Shown here piece after piece: positions 47,452 to 56,294 of a stretch of 56,709 nt of DNA (its first letter is position 1; each line of letters opens with the position of its first letter). Position numbers and translations under genes: made by a program. Where the stretch lies: the NCBI GenBank assembly GCA_964458805.1, contig CAYWKH010000003.1, positions 1 to 56,709 of the forward strand, given 5' to 3'. The DNA is from an uncultured Synergistaceae bacterium (lineage in GTDB: Bacteria > Synergistota > Synergistia > Synergistales > Aminobacteriaceae). The notes beneath the pieces are model-generated. The model was not told where the DNA came from and made no database searches. It worked only from the letters and a program-made list of their open reading frames with translations.

Positions 47452-48230
47452 CGTTTCCTCCCCGCCCCGAGGTATGCTGCCACGACCTCGCCGTTCGCCC
47501 TCACCTGGTCCGGCGTGCCGGACGCCAGCAGGGTGCCGAAGTTCATCACCACGATGGGCGAGCAGACGTTCATCACCAGGTCCATGTGGTGCTCGATGAG
47601 GAGTATGGTGATGTCGAACCGCTCGCGGACCTCCGAGATCAGGTCGGCCAGCTTTTTTGTTTCCCCAGGGTTCATGCCCGCCGCGGGCTCGTCCAGCAGC
47701 AGCAGCGACGGCTCGGTGGCGAGGGCGCGCGCTATCTCCAGCTTCCGCTGGAGGCCGTAGGGGAGGGTCCCGGCCTCCGCGAGGGCGTACCTCTCCAGCC
47801 CCAGCGTCATCAACAGCGAGCGCGCCCGCTCCTTCAGATCCCGCTCAAGCCTCCGCACGGAGGGGAGCCCCAGCATGGCTCCGACGAAGCTGCATCTCAC
47901 CCTCTGAAGCAGCGGCGTCAGCACGTTCTCCAGGCATGTGCGGCGGTTGAACAGGCGGATATTCTGGAAAGTCCTGGCGATCCCGAGCCTCACGATCGCG
48001 TCGGGCCGTCTGCCGCCTATCTCCCCCCCCCTGAACAGCACCGAGCCCGAGGATGGCCTGTACAGGCCCGTGACCAGGTTGAACACGGTGGTCTTGCCGG
48101 CCCCGTTCGGGCCGATGATGCCCGTGATCGATCCCTCCGCCACGTCGAAGGAGAGCGAGTCGACCGCCCGTATGCCGCCGAAGTCCCTGGTGAGGCCGCG
48201 GGCCGAGAGCAGGGGCTGTCCTTCGTTCAT
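47448..48230 (-). CDS. livG: Liv-type amino-acid ABC transporter ATP-binding protein (LivG-like)
   Basis: 'LTRDFGGIRAVD', 'GPNGAGKTT' and 'LPYGLQRKLEIARAL'. ATGA overlap with livM. Confidence 0.9.
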   Translation of the reverse strand: MNEGQPLLSARGLTRDFGGIRAVDSLSFDVAEGSITGIIGPNGAGKTTVFNLVTGLYRPSSGSVLFRGGEIGGRRPDAIVRLGIARTFQNIRLFNRRTCLENVLTPLLQRVRCSFVGAMLGLPSVRRLERDLKERARSLLMTLGLERYALAEAGTLPYGLQRKLEIARALATEPSLLLLDEPAAGMNPGETKKLADLISEVRERFDITILLIEHHMDLVMNVCSPIVVMNFGTLLASGTPDQVRANGEVVAAYLGAGRKR

Positions 48231-49090
48231 GAGCGCCTCTCCTCCTTCCCGCCGGTCCCTCTTCGGAAGAGGGACGACAGCTCGGAGTAGCCCAGAAGCC
48301 CCTGCGGCCGGAAGACCATTATCAGCACCAGCAGCAGCCCGTAGGCCACAAGGCGCCACATCTGCGCCACCCTCAGCGCCTCGGGCAGGGCGATGAAGAC
48401 GAAGGAGGCGACCAGCGGCCCGGAGATGCTGCCCATGCCGCCTGCGATAACCGCCGCCAGTAGCTGGGTGGACTGAACCAGGGTGAACATCTGTGGCTGG
48501 ATGAAGGAGAGAAAGTGGGCCAGCAGCCCGCCGGACAGGCCGCAGTAGACCGCGCTCACCACCAGCGACAGCAGCCTCGTGCGGAAGAGCCTGACCCCAG
48601 CGGTCTCGGCCGCTACCGGATCTTCGCGGATCGCTATGCAGGCCGCCCCCCAGCGCGACCTGAGAAAGTTCCTCGCGACGAATACGCCCCCTGCGAGGCA
48701 GGCCGCCACGACCGGCAGGGTCGTGAAGCTGTCGATGCCAGGCAGGCCGCGCGCTCCGTTGGTGATATCCAGGTTCTCCAGCAGCACGCGCAGGGCCTCG
48801 CCGAAGCCGAGCACCGCTATGGCGAAGTAGTCGCTGCGCAGCTTCGCCCTGAGGGTGGGCGCGCCAATTATCAGGCTGACGGCTCCCGCCGCCGCCGCCC
48901 CGACCGCCAGGGCGACATAGTAGTTCACGAAGTAGTAGTAGGTCAGGATGGCCGAAGTGTAGGCCCCGACGGCAACGAACGCCGCGTGCCCGAGCGAGAA
49001 CAGGCCGGTGAACCCGGTGAATATGGACAGGCCCAGCACAGCGACCATGTTTATCCCGCCGAGTATCACAATGGAGAGAATATAATCCAT
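48227..49090 (-). CDS. livM: Liv-type ABC transporter permease (LivM-like)
   Basis: 'GLFSLGHAAFVAVGAY'. Start is ATG at 49090, right after the livH stop. Confidence 0.85.
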   Translation of the reverse strand: MDYILSIVILGGINMVAVLGLSIFTGFTGLFSLGHAAFVAVGAYTSAILTYYYFVNYYVALAVGAAAAGAVSLIIGAPTLRAKLRSDYFAIAVLGFGEALRVLLENLDITNGARGLPGIDSFTTLPVVAACLAGGVFVARNFLRSRWGAACIAIREDPVAAETAGVRLFRTRLLSLVVSAVYCGLSGGLLAHFLSFIQPQMFTLVQSTQLLAAVIAGGMGSISGPLVASFVFIALPEALRVAQMWRLVAYGLLLVLIMVFRPQGLLGYSELSSLFRRGTGGKEERRS

Positions 49091-49092
49091 CG

Positions 49093-49965
49093 TCAGACCT
49101 TCTCCTCTCCGCCGCGGCCGAACAGACCCTCTGGCCGCATCACCAGGAAGGCGATCAGCAGCGTGAAGCTGAAGACGTCCCGCAGCACGCTGGACACGTA
49201 GGTCGAGACGAAGGTCTCGACAACCCCGAGTATCAGCCCCCCGGCCAGCGCGCCCGGCAGACTGCCGAGCCCCCCTATGACCGCGGCTATGTAGGCCTTG
49301 TTGGTGACCCAGCCCATGGTTGGGTAGACCAGGTACTTGATCCCAAGGAAGACCCCGGCCACACCGGCGAAACCGCCGGCCAGCAGGAAGACTACGGCTA
49401 TGAGCCTGTCCAGGTTCACCCCCATCAGGGAGCACATCGTCATGTCGGACACGCCGGCCCGTATGGCTATCCCGGTGCGGGTGCGCCCCACGAACAGGTG
49501 CAGCCCCCAGATGGCCAGCAGCGAGAAGACGAACGCGCCCGTGTCCAGCAGGCTGACGCTGCTCCCCCACAGGCTTATCACCTGCCTGCCGAAGAACTCC
49601 GGGAAGGCGTAGAAACGCGAGCCGATGGTGGCGTATACCATGTTCTCGAGGAAGACCGAGCACCCCATCGCGCTTATCATGAGGTAGAGGGAGGGCGCCT
49701 TTCTTCTCCTCAGGCTGGAGTAGGCCAGGCGCTCGTTCAGCACGGCTATGATCCCCGCGCCGGCCACGCTCCCTGCAAGCACCAGGCCGAACCCGAGGCT
49801 GAGCTTCGTGGCGAGCGCCAGCCCGACGTACGCGCCGAGCATTATCACCGCGCCATGAGCGAAGTTGCTGAAGTTAAGCACGCTGAACACAAGCGAGTAG
49901 CCCACGGCCATGAGGGAGTAGATGCCCCCTATGGAGAGGCCTGTTATCAAGGTTTGAAGGAACAA
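49093..49965 (-). CDS. livH: Liv-type ABC transporter permease (LivH-like)
   Basis: 'GLSIGGIYSLMAVGYSLVFSVLNFSNFAHG'. Confidence 0.9.
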   Translation of the reverse strand: MFLQTLITGLSIGGIYSLMAVGYSLVFSVLNFSNFAHGAVIMLGAYVGLALATKLSLGFGLVLAGSVAGAGIIAVLNERLAYSSLRRRKAPSLYLMISAMGCSVFLENMVYATIGSRFYAFPEFFGRQVISLWGSSVSLLDTGAFVFSLLAIWGLHLFVGRTRTGIAIRAGVSDMTMCSLMGVNLDRLIAVVFLLAGGFAGVAGVFLGIKYLVYPTMGWVTNKAYIAAVIGGLGSLPGALAGGLILGVVETFVSTYVSSVLRDVFSFTLLIAFLVMRPEGLFGRGGEEKV

Positions 49966-50026
49966 TGCGGCTCACACTTTCTTTTTTCGGGGGCGGGGAG
50001 ATCACGCCCCGCCCCCTGTGTTTTGT

Positions 50027-51184
50027 CTAGTCCTCGACGGATACGTATTTCTTGACGAACTTGAACGCGGCGTTTGCCACGTCCACCTGCTGGATCACCG
50101 CGGGCTTGTCGAGCGGGTTGTGGTCCGCCGGGTCCACTGTGAGCACTCCGCTGGTCACCTTGAGGTCCTTGATGGTCGCAAGGGCCTCGGCCAGGGCCTC
50201 GCCGCCCGCGCCGCCGCTCCTGTCAAGGGCGTCGGCGATCATTAGAAGCGCGTCCTGGGCCATGACCGGGTTGGGAAGCACCGGGTCCTCTCCGAAGGCC
50301 GCCTTGTACTCCGCTACGAACTCCTGTATGTCCGGGTCGGCCAGGTCGGTCAGGTTGACGAAGTACCCGCCGTTGATCGCGCTGCCGCCGAGCTCTATGA
50401 GGTCGGGGCTGCCCCAGTTGTCGGTACCCAGCAGGACGGCCTCGATGCCGAGGTCGCGCGCCTGCTTGGCGGCCATCGCGGCCTCCTTCTGGCTGGTGGG
50501 TATGAAGATGACGTCGGGCCCCAGCTCCTTGATCTTGCCGAGCTGGGCGCGATAGTCGAGCTCCTCTGTCCTGAAGGCCTCCTTTGCAACTACCTCGCCT
50601 CCCTTGGCGACGAAGGCCTCCTCGAAGTAGCGCGCGAGCCACTGGCCGTAGTCGGAGCCTACGTCGTAAAGGATGGCGCCCTTCTTCGCCCCGAGGTCCG
50701 TTATGGCGAACCGGGCGGCCACCGTACCCTGGAAGGGGTCGATGAAGCACGGCCGGAAGGCGTACGGACGGACCTTGTCGGTGCGCTGGTCTATGGTGAC
50801 GTAGGGGTTGGTCGCGGTGGTCACCACCATCGGGATCTCAGCCCTCTCGAACACCGGCGCGGAGGCTATCGCGTTGCCGCTCTGGGCCGGGCCTATCACC
50901 GCCACCACCCCGTCGGACACCAGGCGCCTGGCCACGTTAACCGACTCCACCCCGTCGTTCCTGTTGTCGTAACGGACAAACTCAACCCGCTTGCCAAGGA
51001 TCCCGCCCGAGGCGTTGATCCTGTCGGCGAGCATATCAAGCGCCCTCGCCTCCGACTGGCCCCACATCGAGGCGCCTCCGGTCAGGGAGACCGAGTGACC
51101 TATCCTCACGACCTCGTCTCCGGCGGCGGACCCCGCCGCGCCCAGCAACGCCAGCGCGCACAGCAGCAGAACAACTCTTCTCAT
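50027..51184 (-). CDS. Liv-type (family 1 PBP) amino-acid-binding periplasmic protein
   Basis: Signal peptide 'MRRVVLLLCALALLGAAGSAAG', then 'IGHSVSLTGGASMWG' and 'AVIGPAQSGNAIA'. SD GGGGGAAGGA. The 835-aa ORF in the track is read-through. Confidence 0.85.
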   Translation of the reverse strand: MRRVVLLLCALALLGAAGSAAGDEVVRIGHSVSLTGGASMWGQSEARALDMLADRINASGGILGKRVEFVRYDNRNDGVESVNVARRLVSDGVVAVIGPAQSGNAIASAPVFERAEIPMVVTTATNPYVTIDQRTDKVRPYAFRPCFIDPFQGTVAARFAITDLGAKKGAILYDVGSDYGQWLARYFEEAFVAKGGEVVAKEAFRTEELDYRAQLGKIKELGPDVIFIPTSQKEAAMAAKQARDLGIEAVLLGTDNWGSPDLIELGGSAINGGYFVNLTDLADPDIQEFVAEYKAAFGEDPVLPNPVMAQDALLMIADALDRSGGAGGEALAEALATIKDLKVTSGVLTVDPADHNPLDKPAVIQQVDVANAAFKFVKKYVSVED

Positions 51185-51252
51185 ATCTGTTCCTTCCCCC
51201 TTTCTTATGGTCGCTTGCTTCGTGCCCCCCGAATACGAGCCCGAAGCCTCCC

Positions 51253-51275
51253 GCGGCCCGGCGCACCCGGGCCGC
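51253..51275 (-). other. Strong GC hairpin directly after the lysA stop (no U-tract)
   Basis: 9-bp perfect stem: gcggcccgg (51253-51261) pairs with ccgggccgc (51267-51275). Confidence 0.6.
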
Positions 51276-51276
51276 G

Positions 51277-52584
51277 CTACTCCAGGTGCCCTGGTATGAC
51301 CTCGCCGCGCACCAGGTCCTCGTAGCTCTGGCGAGGCACTATCACGTCGGCCCTGCCCTCGCTTACCAGGACCACCGCCGGTCGAGGCAGCCGGTTGTAG
51401 TTGCTCGCCATGGAGAAGGTGTAGGCGCCCGTGTTGAGCACTGCGACGATGTCCCCCCTCGACAGCGGCGGGGTCTTCATCCCCTCCACCAGGATGTCGC
51501 CCGACTCGCAGCACTTGCCCGCCAGCGTCACGACCTCCGTCGCCTCCTCTTTCATCCTGCCGGCCGCCACCGCGCGGTACTTGGCCCCGTAGAGGGACGG
51601 CCTCGGATTGTCGCTCATGCCTCCATCCACCGCCGCGTAGGTCAGACTCCCGTCCAGCCTCTTGACCGCCTGCACGGAGTATAGGGTCACGCCCGCCTCG
51701 GAGACGATCCACCGCCCCGGCTCTATCACCACGCGAGGGCGCTCGATCCCGAGTGCGAGGCACCGGTCGGACAGCCGCGCCATCATGGCATCCGTGAACT
51801 CCTCGATTCTCGGCGTCCTCCCCTCCTGGGTGAAGTCGACCCCGAAGCCGCCCCCCATGTTCAGCTCCTCCGTCACCAGCCCCAAGTCCCGCCTGAACTC
51901 CGCCATGGCCCCCGTCAGAATATCGACGGACATCACGTGGGAGTCCTTCTCGAAAATCTGCGACCCTATGTGGAAGTGGAATCCCTTGAGCCGGACGCGG
52001 GACGACCCCATCGCGCGGCGGACGGCCTCCCTCAGGGAATCGCCCGCCACCGGAAAGCCGAACTTCGACCCCGTGTGACCGGTGACAATATACCTGTGGG
52101 TATGCGGATCCACCCCGGGGGAGACCCTCAGCAGCACGGACGCCGTCCTCCCCGACGAGGATGCCACTTCCTCCAACGTCTCCAGCTCGGACATGCTGTC
52201 CACCACGATTCGACCCACTCCCTCGGCCAGCGCGAGGGCCAGCTCCTCGCCGGTCTTTCCGTTGCCGTGCAGCAGGGCCCTGTCCAGGGGGAAGCCCGCG
52301 GCTGCGGCGGTGAACAGCTCGCCGCCCGAGACCAGGTCCAACCCGAGCCCCTCGGACTGCACTATCCTGCACATCGCCAGGGTGAGAAACGCCTTCCCCG
52401 CGTACACCGCGGATACATTGTCCCACCTGTCGATGAAGGTGTCTCTCAACTCCCCGCACCTGCGCCTGATCGCGCCCTCGGAGAGGACATAAAGAGGCGT
52501 GCCGAAACGCCCCGCAAGCTCTACAGAGTCCCATCCCTCGAGGACCAGACGACCTTTCTCATTCACAACCAGCCAGTCACTCAT
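51277..52584 (-). CDS. lysA: Diaminopimelate decarboxylase
   Basis: 'FGTPLYVL', PLP-Lys context 'VYAGKAF', then 'LLHGNGK', 'HFHIGSQ' and 'CESGD'. Confidence 0.9.
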   Translation of the reverse strand: MSDWLVVNEKGRLVLEGWDSVELAGRFGTPLYVLSEGAIRRRCGELRDTFIDRWDNVSAVYAGKAFLTLAMCRIVQSEGLGLDLVSGGELFTAAAAGFPLDRALLHGNGKTGEELALALAEGVGRIVVDSMSELETLEEVASSSGRTASVLLRVSPGVDPHTHRYIVTGHTGSKFGFPVAGDSLREAVRRAMGSSRVRLKGFHFHIGSQIFEKDSHVMSVDILTGAMAEFRRDLGLVTEELNMGGGFGVDFTQEGRTPRIEEFTDAMMARLSDRCLALGIERPRVVIEPGRWIVSEAGVTLYSVQAVKRLDGSLTYAAVDGGMSDNPRPSLYGAKYRAVAAGRMKEEATEVVTLAGKCCESGDILVEGMKTPPLSRGDIVAVLNTGAYTFSMASNYNRLPRPAVVLVSEGRADVIVPRQSYEDLVRGEVIPGHLE

Positions 52585-52617
52585 ATCCTGCGCCTCTCTC
52601 CTTCGCGCCGTGTCTGT

Positions 52618-52884
52618 AAAAAAAACGGCTCGCCCCACTGAAGGGACGAGCCATCTGTCTCGCGGTACCACCCTGCTTGGGCGCGCCCCCGCGCCCCGCT
52701 CAAGCCCTGTGACGGGAGCCTCCCGTGGGCGTACTGCCGGCCATGCGGGCCGTTTCAGCCCCCGCTCCGCGGTCTTTGCGCCCTTCGTCGCTGCCGGGGG
52801 AGCCTCTCAGCCATCGGGCTCCCTTCTCTGGCGGCAGCATATAACTAGGACAGTCCGCCTCATCGCGTTTACTCAACCATATTT
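52618..52884 (-). ncRNA. T-box leader (tRNA-sensing riboswitch) with terminator; candidate lysine specifier
   Basis: Minus strand shows:
- Stem I base / K-turn 'GCGATGAG'.
- AG bulge 'CCAGAGAA' between helices CTGCCG/CGGCAG and GGGAGCC/GGCTCCC.
- Distal loop 'CGATGGCTGAGA'.
- 7-nt loop 'GCAAAGA', analogous to glyQS 'GAAGGCA', giving AAG at 52776-52774.
- 'GGCAGTAC'.
- T-box 'AGGGTGGTACCGCGAG' at 52674-52659.
- Terminator GGCTCGTCCC-TTCAGT-GGGGCGAGCC followed by T8 (52652-52618). Confidence 0.8.
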
Positions 52885-52890
52885 GGCGGC

Positions 52891-52919
52891 ATTATAGCCA
52901 GTAAGTATTGAAACGTCAA
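52891..52919 (-). promoter_or_regulatory. Near-consensus sigma70 promoter driving the T-box leader and lysA
   Basis: Minus strand reads TTGACG (52919-52914), a 17-nt spacer, then TATAAT (52896-52891). Confidence 0.7.
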
Positions 52920-52932
52920 CCGCCCTATTCCT

Positions 52933-54024
52933 TCAGTCGTACCTTTCGCTCCTCCTGCTGTGCATGACTGCGTCAAGCAGGATGGACGCGATCCGGGATG
53001 GATCCCCCACGTGCGCGGCCGCGCCGAGGCGGACCGCCTCCCCCGGCATCCCCCACACCACCGAGCTCTCCCTGTCCTGGGCGAATGTGACGGCACCGAG
53101 GGCGCGCAGCTCCCCCAGCTCCACCGCGCCGTCACTGCCCATGCCCGAGAACAGGATGGCCGCCGCCCTGCCCCCGTGGACCGCCGCCACGCTCCTGAAG
53201 AGCCACGAGGCGGACGGGCGAACCAGGTGTTCCGGCGGATCATCCGAAAGGGTCAGCAGTCCCCCGGTGCCCAGGCCCATGTGAAGGCCCTCCGGGGCCA
53301 CGTAGACCAGGCCTCCCTCCGGCCTCTCCCTCTCGCGGGCCACGACCACCCGAAGCCGGGCGGCCCTCCCAAGCCAGTCGACCAGGCCCGGTGTAAAGCC
53401 CTTCGCGATGTGCTGCACCACCAGGATGGGGCGGGGGAAGTACTCCGGCAGGGGGGCCAGGAACTCCGCCAGCGCCTGGGGCCCCCCGGTGGACGCCCCC
53501 ACCGCGACGATCGAGACTCGGCCGACCTCGGCAGCAGGCGGAGTGCGCGCCCCTACCGGGTTAACGTCGTCCGCTCGTTCGCCCGGCCTGGTCGCGTTCC
53601 CCCCTCTGCGCCTGAGGCGGTTTACCCTGGAAGCGGCCGCCTCCTTGACCGTCCTCAGCAGCTCCCTGGAATATTCGTCGCTCCCCGTGACCGCCCCGGG
53701 CGGCTTGCCCAGTATCGCTACCGCTCCCGCACTCATGGCCTCGAACGTCTTCTCCACCTCCACCGGGTCCCAGCACGAACTTACTATGACCACGGGAAGA
53801 GGCCGGTCGGACTCCATTATCGTCCGCGTGGTCTCGAACCCGTCCATGCCTGGCATGTGGATATCCATGGTGACGACATCCACCTCCCTCCTGGCAAGGA
53901 ACTCCAGTGCGGCCTCGCCGCTGTCGACGCTGCCGGCGACGTTCAGCTCCGGATCGCAGTCCAGGATCCCCCCGAGCAGCCTGCGCAACACGGGGGAATC
54001 ATCAACCACAAGCACGTTGATCAT
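52933..54024 (-). CDS. cheB: Chemotaxis response regulator protein-glutamate methylesterase
   Basis: REC domain 'VLVVDDSPVLRRLL...DVVTMDIHMPGMDG' and the methylesterase motif 'VAVGASTGGPQAL'. Confidence 0.9.
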   Translation of the reverse strand: MINVLVVDDSPVLRRLLGGILDCDPELNVAGSVDSGEAALEFLARREVDVVTMDIHMPGMDGFETTRTIMESDRPLPVVIVSSCWDPVEVEKTFEAMSAGAVAILGKPPGAVTGSDEYSRELLRTVKEAAASRVNRLRRRGGNATRPGERADDVNPVGARTPPAAEVGRVSIVAVGASTGGPQALAEFLAPLPEYFPRPILVVQHIAKGFTPGLVDWLGRAARLRVVVARERERPEGGLVYVAPEGLHMGLGTGGLLTLSDDPPEHLVRPSASWLFRSVAAVHGGRAAAILFSGMGSDGAVELGELRALGAVTFAQDRESSVVWGMPGEAVRLGAAAHVGDPSRIASILLDAVMHSRRSERYD

Positions 54025-54043
54025 GAGGAAGACGACCTCCCCT

Positions 54044-56269
54044 CTACAGAAGCCGGTGCAGCGCCTCCAACAGGGCCTCCCCGTCGAAGCCGCTCTTCAC
54101 TATGTAGGCGTCCGCCCCGGCCTCCGCTCCTCTCTCCCTGTCCTCCTCGGACTCGAGCGACGTCACGAGCAGCACGGGCAGGGCAGCGGTGGCCGGCTCC
54201 GACCGCATCTTCCGCACAAGCTCAAGCCCGTTCATGCGGGGCATCTCGACATCGGCGACCACGGCGTCCACCTCGCCGACGGAGAGGAACTCCCAGGCCT
54301 CCTGCCCGTCGACCGCCACCCCGACGTCGTACCCGGCGGCGGTAAGTATGCTTCGCAGCAGGGTGCGCGAGGTTATCGAATCCTCGACCACGAGGATCCT
54401 CCGGCGCCTCGCGCACTCATCGAGGCCTCCAGGCGTCCGTCCGGCATCGCCCCTTCTGAGCGACCGGACCAGGTCGGCGGAGTTCAGGACCGGCACCACC
54501 TCGCCAGTGCCGAGGACCGTCGCCCCGGCCACGTTGCGCACCCTCGCCAGCAGGCTGCCGAGGGATTTCATCAGCATCTCCCGCTCGTCGAGCACCCTGT
54601 CCACGCGGAACGCGCCGACCAGGCCGCCGGCCTCCACCATCACGTAGGTGAGTCTGCCGCCCTCCGCCGCATCATCCCGCGCGGGCATCTCGAGGACGTC
54701 GCCAAGGCCTGAGAGCGCCACAGGCACCCCGTCGACCAGGATGCTCTCGGACCGCCCTATCCGCCTGACCTCCGACCTGTCCACCCTGCCCACTCTCTCT
54801 ATGCTGGCTGACGGGATGACGAACAGCCAGCCCCGCTCCTCCACGAGGACACCTCGAAGGGTGGCCAGCGCAAGAGGCAGGTTGAGGCGGAAGGTCGACC
54901 CCCTGCCCCTCTCCGATTCGATGCTCAGCCTACCCCCCAGCCCCTCGACCCCCTCGCGGAGTATGGCCATGCCCAGGCCTCGTCCTGAGATCTCGGTCAC
55001 GGCCGCGCTGGTGGAAAATCCTGAGCGGAATATGAGCTCGAGGGCGGACGCGTCGTCCAGGTTCTCCGCCTCTCCCTGAGACATCCCCCCGGACTCGACC
55101 GCCTTTTTGCGCAGTTTCGCGGCGTCTATCCCGCGTCCGTCGTCCGACACCAGCAGCTCCATCCTGCCGCCCGCTACCTGGGAGGCGGATATCATCAGCC
55201 TGCCCGACGGGGCCTTGCCAGCCGCGCGCCGCTCCTCCGGCCGTTCCAGTCCGTGGTCGACGCAGTTGCGCACCAGGTGGACGAGCGGGTCCTTCAGCCC
55301 CTCCAGCACCCGCTTGTCGACCTCGGTCTCGCCCCCCAGCAGGACGACCTCCACCTCCTTGCCCAGGTCGCGGGAGAGATCGCGGACGATCTTGGGAAAT
55401 GCGGACAGGAGCGATGAAAGCGGCAGCATGGCCGCGGTCCTGGCATCCTCGATGAGGTCGTCCGCCAGCCCCACTGCCATGCGGTGATCAGCGCGGAGGG
55501 AGTTCTCCATCCTTCGCAGCCTCTCGCGTATCCTGCCCAGGGCCCTCCTGCCGGAGCGCATGAATACAGCGGTTTCGACCGGCGATCTCGCGCCGCCTCC
55601 CTCTCTGCTGAGGGAGGCGAGGGCGGAGTTCCACTCCCTCTCCAGCTCCGACTCCAGGTTCAGCAACTCCTGGGCGTCGCCTATGCGTACAGCGAGCGAG
55701 ATGTTCATCGCTATCAGCTCCTGGGCCTTCAAAAGAAGGGAGTCGAGCTTCGATGAGGCGATGCGCACCGTCTCGTGCGCCTGAGTCCGCATGACCGCGC
55801 TCGGGGCCCGGTCCCCGCCCGGCGAGTCCGTCTTCGCGACGGAGGCGGGACTTGCGGACGCCGTCCGGCCGGCGTCACCCTCGAGCAGACCCTTTATCTC
55901 GCGAACAAGCGGGGCCGTGGCGCCTGCGTCCTCGCCCTCGTGCGAGTCGACCATGCCCGCCAGGGTGTCAGTCGCTCGCTGGAGCAGGTCGAAGCCGTCA
56001 GCGCCGAGCTTCAGCGAACCTTTTTTAATACGCGAGAAGACGCTCTCCATCGCCTGGCAGGCGGAGGCTATCGCGGGGAGTTCCACAGCCTGGGCCGCTC
56101 CCTTGAGGCTGTGGGCGGCCCTGAACAGCTCCTCGACAGGCCCCGCCGCATCCCCCCGGTTCCTCTCGAGGTCGAGCAGGCGCGACACCATGGTGTGCAG
56201 GTACTCGCCCGCCTCCTCGACAAAATCCTGTCTCAGTTCTTTCAGAAACTCCCTGTCCACCTGGTTCAT
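54044..56269 (-). CDS. cheA: Chemotaxis histidine kinase CheA with a fused C-terminal receiver domain
   Basis: HPt 'RAAHSLKGAAQAV'. HATPase 'DDGRGID...', 'SGRGLGMAI'. A CheW-like domain. C-terminal REC 'ILVVEDSITSRTLL...DAVVADVEMPRMNGLEL...VTS...GADAYIVKS'. Confidence 0.9.
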   Translation of the reverse strand: MNQVDREFLKELRQDFVEEAGEYLHTMVSRLLDLERNRGDAAGPVEELFRAAHSLKGAAQAVELPAIASACQAMESVFSRIKKGSLKLGADGFDLLQRATDTLAGMVDSHEGEDAGATAPLVREIKGLLEGDAGRTASASPASVAKTDSPGGDRAPSAVMRTQAHETVRIASSKLDSLLLKAQELIAMNISLAVRIGDAQELLNLESELEREWNSALASLSREGGGARSPVETAVFMRSGRRALGRIRERLRRMENSLRADHRMAVGLADDLIEDARTAAMLPLSSLLSAFPKIVRDLSRDLGKEVEVVLLGGETEVDKRVLEGLKDPLVHLVRNCVDHGLERPEERRAAGKAPSGRLMISASQVAGGRMELLVSDDGRGIDAAKLRKKAVESGGMSQGEAENLDDASALELIFRSGFSTSAAVTEISGRGLGMAILREGVEGLGGRLSIESERGRGSTFRLNLPLALATLRGVLVEERGWLFVIPSASIERVGRVDRSEVRRIGRSESILVDGVPVALSGLGDVLEMPARDDAAEGGRLTYVMVEAGGLVGAFRVDRVLDEREMLMKSLGSLLARVRNVAGATVLGTGEVVPVLNSADLVRSLRRGDAGRTPGGLDECARRRRILVVEDSITSRTLLRSILTAAGYDVGVAVDGQEAWEFLSVGEVDAVVADVEMPRMNGLELVRKMRSEPATAALPVLLVTSLESEEDRERGAEAGADAYIVKSGFDGEALLEALHRLL

Positions 56270-56294
56270 GGGGATCGCTGTTCGTTCTCCCGCT

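Noticed and set aside
52585-52930. Lysine (L-box) riboswitch upstream of lysA
   Set aside because: This is the expected regulator for lysA, but the leader instead carries the invariant T-box 'AGGGTGGTACCGCG', the K-turn 'GCGATGAG' and the AG bulge. No L-box core motifs were recognised.
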